This document shows positions 39,101-46,800 of a DNA stretch of 64,000 bases, in pieces. Positions within the stretch are counted from its first letter, which is position 1; every line of letters starts with the position of its first letter. The DNA is taken from NCBI GenBank assembly GCA_977017645.1, contig OZ360222.1, forward strand, positions 34,596,001 through 34,660,000, read 5' to 3'. The stretch comes from Torpedo marmorata (lineage: Eukaryota). Both the position numbers and the translations under genes were made by a program. The notes beneath the pieces were generated by a model, which had not been told where the DNA came from, did not search any database, and worked only from the letters and a program-made list of their open reading frames with translations.

Positions 39101-41156
39101 ACCTCACAGACATCTCTGTAATGCTGGAAGACCAACATTTCGGGGAGACCAAAGGACGTCTTTCACCGAGATGATGATCTTCCAGCAGCTCTGGATGTCT
39201 GTCTCTGCACGCGTCCCCGGGAACAGCCTGTAAATCAGAGTCACACTGTTGCTGGGGATGAAATGTGACAAGGACCCTGGTGTCCTTCCCCAGACACTCT
39301 TTGCAAATCCACATTTTGCAAAGAGGTGGAAGACTGTATCCACTCCACCACAGTCATCTCGGGGACAGCGTACATTGTGGGTAACATTCCTGTCTCACAG
39401 GAAGGATCTGACCAGGAGGGATCCTCTCACAGCCAGCCAGGCCAAGTCCTGGTGCTAATTAAAGAGTTAATTTTTTTTAAACCAAAAATAGATTTTATTC
39501 ACAATTAATTATTTACAAAAGGAAAATCGTTCAAAGTCTCTTCTCACCCTTAGTTTCATATCCATACATTTCCATCACTATACATTGTTACATTCATTTC
39601 TACTTACACCATTGCCACCACTGTGGCACCTTGTCGTTACTCCCCCCTCTGTTGTTTGAGGGGCTTCCCCTTGGTCCCAGCCCCTCAATGCCCGGTAACG
39701 AAGGACTCTAGATTTAAAGACATTGCTCTTCATTCTATTTATTGTCCATCTAACTGCTGTAGACGGCTGGATAGCATCAGAAGTTAACCACATTAAGGCA
39801 CCGCATTCCAAAAACTTTTATCTGTACATGAATGTAAGAGCCAAAGTATCCTTGCAGTTAGATCTCCAATGGTCTCCATGTGAGAGAGAACCTCAGATCA
39901 TGCAACTCACATTGAATCTTCATGTCCAATTCTAAAATTGATGACAAGTTGTTGCATTTTATCACCAGAAGTTTGAGAAATTACAAAACAAAGGCATCCA
40001 TTCACCAATAAAATCTTAAGAAATGGATTTCCAAAATTTTGTTGCAGGTAAACCATGTCCCAAACCTCTAGTGATAAAACATAAAAGCAAGTGGACCTGA
40101 GCTAGAAGGAATTTTTCAGATGCACGTCTCTCATTTGTGGCAGGACATTTGCAGAAATCCAGTACCAAAGAGTTAGCTTATGTTTTGCACACGAGATGGA
40201 GAAGGCAAATCTGGTACTGCCAAGAGAACTATGGCAACATCCCACCTGATCTGCATATTTGCTAGTAGGTCCATCGGGAATAAGAATTCCTTCCTCATTT
40301 CTGACAAATCCGCTGTGTGACCAATAGGCAAGGTCAAAAGTGAAAGTCTTTGTATTTCTGCGATTTCTGGGATCCCAAATTGTGATGCTGTTTAAAGCAA
40401 TGGAGATGATGCAAACACATCCTGCATCCTTCTCAGTCTGTTAAAAATAACAGTGAAGACATGTGGGAGTTGCACAATATTAAAATATACTTAATATCAG
40501 GTGTGGGGAATATCCAGGGCAGTATCACAACAGCAACATTAAAGATCAGCGACAATTGTGTTGAATAATGGAAATGGCGTTTTCCTGCTCTTATCTGAAT
40601 CTAGTCCTAAAGGTGGCAGGGGTCAGGGATTACATACTCCCTTTTGCAAGTTAGGTATTGGTGTGAATAGAATTCAGTGAGTCCAGCAACAGCAGAAAGA
40701 GTGAAAAATTGCAGTTCCCCTGGTAAAGCCACATGCCCCTGATTCTGCATCCGTGCACGAGGAAGATTTTAATGAAACTAACCACCTGGAACCTGGTTCA
40801 GTGTTTCCAAGGCAGCCCTTTCAAGTTGTTGACAATTGGATTCTCAGGACACGCACCTCAAATAACAGATGCAGCATTTTATTCAAGCAACATCAGGGTA
40901 CTCCATATTGTAGCCAAGACAATGAATGTCAGTTTAAGTGTGGAAATGAACAAAATATATANNNNNNNNNNNNNNNNNNNNNNNNNNNNNNNNNNNNNNN
41001 NNNNNNNNNNNNNNNNNNNNNNNNNNNNNNNNNNNNNNNNNNNNNNNNNNNNNNNNNNNNNNNNNNNNNNNNNNNNNNNNNNNNNNNNNNNNNNNNNNNN
41101 NNCTGGTTAAAAGCTCGAACACGGACGGCCACTCTCACACTGTCCATATTTGGCAT
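62..41156 (-). CDS. KIF28: Kinesin-3 family motor KIF28-like, spliced gene model of 20 exons (2640 nt, 880 aa) continuing beyond the left edge
   Basis: Exon phases are compatible throughout and all visible junctions are GT-AG. Motor motifs: VAVRVR, P-loop [15 protein letters not shown], switch I SSRSH, switch [26 protein letters not shown], followed by a neck coil and an FHA-like region. Lies next to AHCTF1, as KIF28P does in human (established synteny). Confidence 0.88.
507..1221 (-). mobile_element. Rex1/Babar-like LINE 3' fragment
   Basis: EEAYRREV...[23 protein letters not shown]...FKFLGVNIS, frameshifted. Confidence 0.8.
2211..2377 (-). CDS. KIF28: KIF28 exon 19 ([16 protein letters not shown]...LVLDLWGLQ)
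   Basis: ttcag acceptor, gtaata donor, 167 nt, phase 2 to 1. Confidence 0.85.
3560..4080 (+). mobile_element. Old CR1 3' fragment
   Basis: cacctggagtactgcatacagttttggtctc; VNLWNYLP remnant. Confidence 0.75.
4623..4757 (-). CDS. KIF28: KIF28 exon 18 ([23 protein letters not shown]...GIQI)
   Basis: tgcag acceptor, gtaaga donor, 135 nt, phase 2 to 2. Confidence 0.85.
4980..5115. repeat. Short imperfect tandem repeat (about 3 units of 42-53 bp)
   Basis: ctgtgcc...gcttgctgaccagtctcacca repeated. Confidence 0.75.
5291..5565 (-). CDS. KIF28: KIF28 exon 17 ([18 protein letters not shown]...DPFWDP...)
   Basis: aacag acceptor, gtaagt donor, 275 nt; DPF(W/Y)D kinesin-3 stalk motif. Confidence 0.9.
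5981..7742. mobile_element. L1-clade LINE insertion: ORF2/RT fragment on + (about 6480-7742), probable 3' UTR and tail on - (5981-6325), 13-bp TSD
   Basis: [31 protein letters not shown] and a mutated YADD with stops; TSD agctcttgatctt at 5968-5980 and 7743-7755. Confidence 0.82.
6328..6478 (-). mobile_element. Short Penelope terminal-repeat fragment within the L1 insertion
   Basis: tgctggagaaactcagcagg...gtttcgggcttgagcccttcatcaa. Confidence 0.75.
8485..8592 (-). CDS. KIF28: KIF28 exon 16 ([18 protein letters not shown]...[10 protein letters not shown])
   Basis: aacag acceptor, gtggga donor, 108 nt. Confidence 0.87.
9197..9312 (-). CDS. KIF28: KIF28 exon 15 ([38 protein letters not shown])
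   Basis: accag acceptor, gtaatc donor, 116 nt; kinesin-3 EANxISxEL motif. Confidence 0.88.
10373..10517 (-). CDS. KIF28: KIF28 exon 14 ([17 protein letters not shown]...[11 protein letters not shown])
   Basis: ttcag acceptor, gtaagc donor, 145 nt; DRxILG marks the FHA end. Confidence 0.9.
11065..11835 (-). mobile_element. CR1 LINE 3' fragment (different subfamily)
   Basis: ESRTRGH...[17 protein letters not shown]2 C-terminus. Confidence 0.85.
12024..12696 (+). mobile_element. Penelope-like element 3' fragment (GIY-YIG endonuclease remnant plus terminal repeat)
   Basis: [17 protein letters not shown]...VATHFN...[19 protein letters not shown]. Confidence 0.87.
12936..13059 (-). CDS. KIF28: KIF28 exon 13, FHA-like (IAEKHATI...VILNG...LAHL)
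   Basis: tacag acceptor, gtagga donor, 124 nt. Confidence 0.88.
13808..14190 (-). mobile_element. CR1 3' end fragment
   Basis: Similar to the CR1 tail at 24798-25200. Confidence 0.8.
14669..14729 (-). CDS. KIF28: KIF28 exon 12, FHA-like start ([21 protein letters not shown])
   Basis: tccag acceptor, gtatgt donor, 61 nt, phase 1 to 2. Confidence 0.82.
15048..15275 (+). mobile_element. V-SINE copy inserted into a CR1 remnant
   Basis: Same head and core as 49745-49992. Confidence 0.82.
15621..16395 (-). mobile_element. CR1 LINE 3' fragment
   Basis: [16 protein letters not shown] remnants; same family as the 24.8-kb copy. Confidence 0.88.
16614..16704 (-). CDS. KIF28: KIF28 exon 11 ([30 protein letters not shown])
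   Basis: tctag acceptor, gtactg donor, 91 nt; resembles the kinesin-3 PxLxNxNxDP pre-FHA motif. Confidence 0.88.
17279..17400 (-). CDS. KIF28: KIF28 exon 10, coiled coil ([11 protein letters not shown]...SWEQRLEKA)
   Basis: accag acceptor, gtaagg donor, 122 nt. Confidence 0.88.
17831..17973 (-). CDS. KIF28: KIF28 exon 9, neck linker and neck coil ([13 protein letters not shown]...ELKAENAKL)
   Basis: caaag acceptor, gtaggt donor, 143 nt, phases fit. Confidence 0.88.
18264..18760. mobile_element. Tc1/mariner (Tc2-like) MITE, 497 bp
   Basis: 22-bp TIRs ccgtatatactcgtgtaaaagt / acttttacacgagtatgtacgg (one mismatch), TA TSD on both sides. Confidence 0.9.
18390..18707. repeat. CpG-rich 57-bp minisatellite (about 5.5 units) inside the MITE
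   Basis: Unit resembling ggtgagagtccgcggtcgaggcgtcgggagctccgatggacgggtggccggggccta. Confidence 0.92.
19200..19486 (+). mobile_element. CR1 3' end with (GGTTATAT)n tail
   Basis: FFTQRVV-type remnant; tail gttatatggttatatggttata. Confidence 0.8.
19627..19694 (-). CDS. KIF28: KIF28 exon 8 ([23 protein letters not shown])
   Basis: tacag acceptor, gtaaca donor, 68 nt; end of the motor domain. Confidence 0.92.
20590..21340 (-). mobile_element. Old decayed CR1 fragment
   Basis: LEYSVQYWP remnant. Confidence 0.65.
21678..21900 (+). mobile_element. V-SINE copy
   Basis: ggttcgaatcc B box plus V-core. Confidence 0.8.
22443..22554 (-). CDS. KIF28: KIF28 exon 7 (ALAE...[25 protein letters not shown])
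   Basis: cccag acceptor, gtaaat donor, 112 nt, phase 2 to 0. Confidence 0.92.
22713..23122 (-). mobile_element. Penelope-like element fragment (GIY-YIG)
   Basis: ORF 22843-23133 [11 protein letters not shown]...; same family as the 12-kb copy. Confidence 0.87.
23323..24219 (+). mobile_element. Solo LTR (897 bp), probably Gypsy/Ty3 type
   Basis: TGTTAC...GTAACA inverted termini, 4-bp TSD CACC (23319-23322 and 24220-24223), AATAAA at 24149-24154. Confidence 0.85.
24223..24377 (-). CDS. KIF28: KIF28 exon 6, switch II ([24 protein letters not shown]...LGNVIS)
   Basis: cacag acceptor, 155 nt; donor reads gtgtgt because an LTR is inserted at +4. Confidence 0.92.
24798..28930 (-). mobile_element. 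Near full-length decayed CR1-clade LINE
   Basis: ORF1 zinc finger (CSDCRMWE...CKRC) and SGNH esterase (IGDSLVR, HVGTND); ORF2 APE ([17 protein letters not shown]) and RT ([16 protein letters not shown]); several frameshifts and stops; short-repeat 3' tail. Confidence 0.92.
29290..30066 (+). mobile_element. Nested CR1 3' fragments
   Basis: Two CR1 ORF2-end/3' UTR pieces ([12 protein letters not shown]...). Confidence 0.75.
30071..30298. mobile_element. hAT (Charlie-like) MITE, 228 bp
   Basis: TIRs cagccattctcaacc / ggttgagaatggcta, 8-bp TSD ctataaac (30063-30070 and 30299-30306). Confidence 0.9.
31412..31636 (-). CDS. KIF28: KIF28 exon 5, switch I (VIDLL...[14 protein letters not shown])
   Basis: catag acceptor, gtacaa donor, 225 nt. 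Confidence 0.92.
32806..32841 (-). CDS. KIF28: KIF28 exon 4, 36-nt microexon ([12 protein letters not shown])
   Basis: tatag acceptor, gtaatg donor; conserved kinesin SMLEIYNE motif. Confidence 0.9.
33322..33760 (+). mobile_element. Penelope-like 3' fragment inserted in an older CR1 remnant (about 33160-34060)
   Basis: Closely similar to 12290-12696; CR1 sequence resumes on both sides. Confidence 0.85.
34447..34672 (-). mobile_element. V-SINE copy (followed by a Penelope terminal fragment, about 34673-34845)
   Basis: V-core on the - strand. Confidence 0.8.
36272..37141 (-). mobile_element. CR1 LINE 3' fragment
   Basis: Highly similar to 24798-25680. Confidence 0.88.
37472..37678 (-). CDS. 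KIF28: KIF28 exon 3, P-loop (RKVFNDVG...[13 protein letters not shown]...KQYQ)
   Basis: cttag acceptor, gtaaga donor, 207 nt. Confidence 0.93.
38894..39700 (-). mobile_element. Two tandem 5'-truncated Tx1/L1-like 3' ends
   Basis: Zinc-knuckle remnant CPRDDCGG...HLFAKC; two related poly(A)+AATAAA tails at about 38895 and 39470. Confidence 0.72.
40246..40437 (-). CDS. KIF28: KIF28 exon 2 ([12 protein letters not shown]...[12 protein letters not shown]...YADQ)
   Basis: aacag acceptor, gtggg donor, 192 nt, kinesin-3 FTFDxxYWSH motif. Confidence 0.9.
40962..41102. other. Assembly gap (141 N)
   Basis: Run of N between a (TA)n stretch and KIF28 exon 1. Confidence 1.
41103..41156 (-). CDS. KIF28: KIF28 coding exon 1 ([18 protein letters not shown])
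   Basis: Typical kinesin N-terminal beta1 motif; ends in CAG directly at the N gap, so the donor is not visible. Confidence 0.85.
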
Positions 41157-41630
41157 TTTTCTTCCTTCATTTACATTTCCACAGAAACCAACAATGCAAT
41201 GGTCGAGCTGGTTGATTCGCTCTGGTGTTTATTTCAGCACTAAATGCTGACCTTGCCTTTTTAAAGAGCTGTTCACCTTTCTCCTGTGGGACTGTGGTTG
41301 TGCTTGACTGCACAGAGGAAAGAGAATCAGGAATGGTAGCCTGGTGTCAAATGTAGCAGTCAGGTCGTGGGAGGGGAAGGAGTTGGCAGGAAGCAGGCCA
41401 ACTTTTAGAAAGCTGAATACCTCTGGAAACTTGCCCCATTTAAAGAGGGTTTGAGGATGAGTTGCATCAAAACCTAAATTACAGATTTGCATTTTTTTTA
41501 AAGTCTGCAATTTTGTACCAATATGTATGAAACTGCATTATTCAGATTGATAAAATAATAATGAAACAGTAAACCTGAAACTTGATAACAGTGGTATCTC
41601 CGGTGACTGAATAGTTGTACACAATTCTCC

Positions 41631-42368
41631 CAAAATTCCTTTATTGTCATGCAATAGTACAGAACACGTAATATTACACAAAATTGCCTTCTGCCTGTCG
41701 TAAGGCAAAGAATCACCATTAGTGTCGTTCTTTAGTCAGAGAGCATGAGAAGCAAAAGAGGGTCCCTTCAGAGTCAGAATGTTTGTGGATTCGCCTCCAG
41801 TGCTCCCGCAACCTCTGCAGCCGCAGACTCCTGTTCAATCCATCGGCAACCCGAGCTCCAGATCCAAACCTCCGATACAATCAGAAAGTCTTCAGTACCT
41901 GAGGTCCTTCGGGAGCTCTTCTTGCCCTCAGCACCCTCTCGAATTCCAGCTCCGATATCTGGTGAACCAGTGTCCAGCAGCCTGTGCGGGCCCCCAACTG
42001 CAAGTCGCCCCTAACCTCTGTGGGTCCTTTCGCCACTGAGCTCCTCGCTGGTCCGCTGCTGATGACACCGTTCTGTAGGGTCATCTCCTCTGCTTCTCCC
42101 TCTCAACGGGGGTGTTTTTTCCCGTTTCTGGTCCCCTACGCTCCCCTGGTGTCTGCAACCCCCTGTGGCAGCTGCCGAGCAAAGGCACCACCATCTTGGG
42201 CACAGACCTCCGCGATTGCAGGATTTTACTTACAACCATCGTTGGCTCCTTTAACAGGCCGTTTAAAGTCTGTACAGAGCCGTCGGTATTAGAACCAAGC
42301 GGTTGAATCCTTTTGAGCAGCGCTGTGAATCCACTCTCCTGTGACTGCACCAGCAACTCCGCCATTTA
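41631..42368 (-). mobile_element. Non-coding dispersed retroelement-like repeat, unclassified, apparently full length
   Basis: Second partial copy at about 60517-60968 (itself interrupted at about 60669-60830) and a similar tail at about 22640-22695; GC-rich head beginning aaatggcgg; AATAAA near the 3' end. Confidence 0.6.
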
Positions 42369-43271
42369 AAAAAAAATAGAACATTACAGCACAGGCCATT
42401 CGGCCCATGACGTTGTGCTCACCTATATTGAAAGTTACATGAATGATAATAAACATGGACAAAGAGAATAAGAGGAATCCACTGTAATAAGAAATGTCAG
42501 CAATCTTTTTATTTTTTAAAATTTGCCTGGCTTACCAGTATTTGCTGAGCTATCTCAGTTTGTTGTGTGATTTGTAGCAGCACGGCAAGCATATCTTGAT
42601 GAAACAAAAGAAACATGATACAAGCTTTGTGACAAAAGTAAATAACGTGATGCAGCATCACGTGACATAAATTTAGTATGTTACAAAGATACCGGGGCAA
42701 GATTTCAAAAGTTGGCACTTGGCTATCTTAAGGGAACTGAAAAGCCTTTGCTTCAGAGGAAAAGTATCCTCAATACAAAATATTTTCCACCCCTCATTTA
42801 AAATTAATTGAAGATGGAATCGCCTGCTTCTGCTCCCATAGGGACCATTTGTTCCTGTATCCAAAGTAATTACCGGTAGTTTTAGTTGGATGAATATTGG
42901 AAACTGTACAAAATATCTGCCATTTTAGAAGCACTGGATCCAAACAGATTTGAAGCAATGATTATCGATGGAATCAGCTTACTAAACTGGAGGCAATTCT
43001 CTACATATTTAGTAGAGAGATAGGATACACAAGATTAAATGCCAATTATAACTGGTTCTCTTTTAACTAAACTGAATGATGTATGGCAGCTTAAGATAGC
43101 TAAGAAACACTTTGAACTTTGCATCAGATTATTGACAATCTTATAGTGTCTAAAATAATCATAAAAACAAACTTTAAAGGTGTTTAACTGCATATACGGT
43201 ACCATTTACCCCATTGGTAAAATGTTCCATCACAAAAATGGAAAAAACATATCAAACTGCCAAGTATACAT

Positions 43272-43277
43272 TTTATT
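43272..43277 (-). terminator. Candidate AATAAA polyadenylation signal of AHCTF1
   Basis: tttatt on + about 310 nt past the stop, in an AT-rich 3' UTR. Confidence 0.35.
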
Positions 43278-43586
43278 TATAACTCCCCTAAAATGTCAAA
43301 AATATTTACATTTAATTTTATATACGTTAATAAAATGTATGAAGATTCATTACAAAATTAAATTGTGAAACATTTGCCTAAAAACAAAACAAAGCAGTTA
43401 CAATACTCCACATGGAGCTACGTTCCCCTTACAGACCATTTGTTCATGAAATGTTAAAATAATTTATATAAATTATTTTCCGAAAATTAGATGAACTTCA
43501 GAAATTCTCACAGTTCTGTATACTGTATAACTCTTATATATAAACTGCATCCAAGTATTAAATCGATAAAACTGTAAAACGTCTCA

Positions 43587-43800
43587 TTATTTGTGTCTGT
43601 TTACTTTCCGGCGTGTAACTGGCTTTCGAAACACTGGGATCAGTTTGTTCCTCTTATGACGAAGTGTCATCTTATGCTCTACGCACCCAGCATCATCTGC
43701 TTCTTTTCCTTGATTGGACAACAAATTCAAAGGACTTGGTAAAGGAGAAAGAAATTCAATTTCCACAGGTGGTGCTGTCCATGAGCCCTTTTTGGTTACT
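43587..43800 (-). CDS. AHCTF1: AHCTF1 last coding exon (VTKKGSWTAPPVEIEFLSPLPSP...KPVTRRKVNRHK*)
   Basis: gacag acceptor, TAA at 43587-43589; matches the conserved ELYS C-terminus. Confidence 0.88.
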
Positions 43801-46800
43801 CTGTCAAGACAAAAGCAACACAAGGCAGTTTTACTATCAGCAAGAGAAACGATAAGGCCCAGTGTCTCTCGTCTGACTGCACAGACCTGCAAGCGCCACC
43901 CTTCCTGTCCCTGCAAATATAAACTACCTGGGACTCTTCTTCACTCGAAGTCTTGTGGTTCTGCGTCTGGTACGTATTTTCTCCTCTGGTTTACTTTTCT
44001 CCTCTTCCCCTTTTCTAACCTCTTTTATTTTTGGCACGTCATCCTTCAAAATATCCAAATCCTGAAGCACACAAAATTATTTAATTGGTCTCAACTTTAA
44101 GTAAAAGTACATCAGAAACATCTACAAACCCAGCAAACTTCTTGCCCTTTCTCGTTAAAAGTCAATTAATCAATATCAATGATAGTTTTTGCTGGGTATA
44201 AAATAATGGGCAGTGAAAATAAATTAAATGAGGTAACTCATATGCATAAGATGCTTGCCGAGCATACAAGTCAGCAATGAAAAACATGAAGCCCAAAAGC
44301 CCAAAGGCAATTCCTTCAGTGCATACTTGCCCAACCTACTCGTTTACCCAGAAAATTGCCATTAGCCTCACTGATTATTTTTCTTCCCCACCGTTTAATA
44401 TAATTTTATTAAATTAGATATTAAAATGTTATTCATTAACCCTTTTTCACTACCTGCAAGGGTGTTTTGTTGGGTCTTCTTCCAGATCTTGTTAGAGGAG
44501 TAGAAAAAATAAACTCCGGCTGCTGCACAGTGGGATCTTGTAACGTGGTCTTTTCAACTATTAACGATAAAATTGGAAACAAAATTCTTTAATGGATCAA
44601 TGACCCATTGAAAATGCAAATACATTTAACAATATTGATAAGCTCTGAAAATCTCAAAACAATTAACACACATGAAAAGCTCAATTTCAAAATCTCACGA
44701 AGCACATATCCAAAAGGTGTTATGTGAAAATCTTGTACAGTAATGGGACATGTTAAAGTCTTGGTTTCTTTATAACAAGACTTGGAAAATTAGACTCAGT
44801 GCTATATTTTTACCCCCACTCACTAATGTGCGCAAGAATTGTAGCAAAGTTTCATCAGGTGTATTGGCCTGTGATCTAAATGCAGGAAAGGTAATTGGTT
44901 GTTATAAAATTACATGTGGACTATCATCCCTTACTATATTTCAAAGATGGAAAACAAAATACTGCAGATGCTTGAATCGGAACTATTTCCATAAATGCTG
45001 GAACTACTGATGCAGACAAGTTTCCTTGATCTTTGCAGGTTCCAAGCAACAAGAACCAAATATTAAGGAATTAAGAGCAAAAATTAAAAATCCTGAATTT
45101 TATGTTAATTTTATTTCTTGGTCATACAAATAAGATGCTGTCCTTAGGCATTGATGTTAAAGGCAATAATGCTTACTTGCAAATTTTGGATGAGGATAAG
45201 CAAGGCGACACAAAATAAGCAAGGCGACACAATGTCGAATAAACCCAGAACATTATAGCAACACAGTGAACTATTGCCCGTGGGTACCATTGAGAGAACA
45301 TGCATTAGTACCGTGCACTGCTAAATAATGTCTGTAAATCAACAGAACACAGTTCTTCATTATAATTTACGGCCATGGTGCCCATTTGATGCATGAACAA
45401 AATAGCCAAAACAGATGTGCTTACAATGCTTCAAAAGAAATTAGAATATGAATAATTTAAGATTTTGAGACAATAATTACCTTTTGACTTTCTTGAAGAT
45501 CTTGTGAGAGGAGGAGAGAAAGCATAAGAATCCTCTTCTGCTAAAATGATCGCATGTGATTCTGAATCTTTGCCAGGTTTTCTCCTGGTTGGTTTATGGG
45601 TGAAAGTTACTGTAAGCTGTTCCTCTTGCCTATCATCCACAATATTAGCTTTGACCTTGGACTTTGGTGTTCCTTTGCTTGTGACAGGCTGCCCCCTTCT
45701 TGTCATCTCGGCTTTAACAGGCAAGGTGATCTCCACATTTGAAGTCAATTCTGCAATATTTTCTAGTGCCACAAGGTGGGCATCTTTGGCCCTACTTCTT
45801 GTAAGTCTGCTGGGTGTTGGCACCACAGGTATGTGCTCGTTAATCTCCAGCACTGAAATGGGATTGTTGAGCAGAGCATCAACTTCAGAAAGTTTCCTTT
45901 TTTTTTGCCTGGAAGACCGCTGAGAAATAGAAGAAACTTCTGGTTGCCGGCTTGGTGTTTTCAAAGAGTTGTCCAAGACGTGTTCTGCATCTGCTCTAAC
46001 AGCAACACCTTTTCTCTTAGATCTCAAGACAGGCATATTGGTATCAAGCAAATTGGTTTCTGTGTTATGTGGTCTGTGAGTGATTGTTTTTCTAGTAGAT
46101 CTTGGAGAGGTATGGATAGAGTTGGATTTTTGATCAAGTGGCATCCCTTTCTGCTCCTCCAAACTATTTTTCACAACTTCATTTATCCCTGTAACAATTC
46201 TTCTGGTACTCCTCCTTGGTTTTGCAGGCATTTCTGTTGTTGGTTTAACTTTCTGTATTTCCACAAATACCAGTTCCTCATGATCCAAGGAACTGATTTC
46301 ACCCACTTTATTCCTATTTCCTCTAAAGGACCTTGTTGACATTGCCATAGTCTCCATTTGCTTCGCATGCATAACGTTTCTATTAGCATCCTCAACCTCG
46401 TCCGTTTTTGTTTCCTTTATTGCATCTCCCTTATACAAGCCACTTCTCTGCTTTGTTATTATTCCACTATCTACCTGCACAGGCAACTTGACCAATTCAG
46501 ACAACTTTTCACCTTGAAGGACTGCCGCTGAATCATCCGTGGATCGACCCCCTTCAAGGACCTCCGCTGAATCATCCGTGGATCGACCCCCTTCAAGGAC
46601 TGCCGCGGAATCATCCATGGATTGACCCCCTTTAAGGACCTCCGTTGAATTATCTGTTGATTGACCCCCTTTAAGGACCTCTGTTGATTTATCTGTTGAT
46701 TGACCCCCTTTAAGGACCTCTGTTGAATTATCTATTGATTGACTCCCTGTAAGGACCTCCGTTGAATTATCTGTTGATTGACCCCCCGTCAGGACCTCCG

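Noticed and set aside
40733-41250. ORFs spanning the N run
   Set aside because: Artefacts of translating the gap; only 41103-41156 is coding.
45196-45232. 18-bp direct duplication ataagcaaggcgacacaa
   Set aside because: Simple local tandem duplication in an intron with no further structure.
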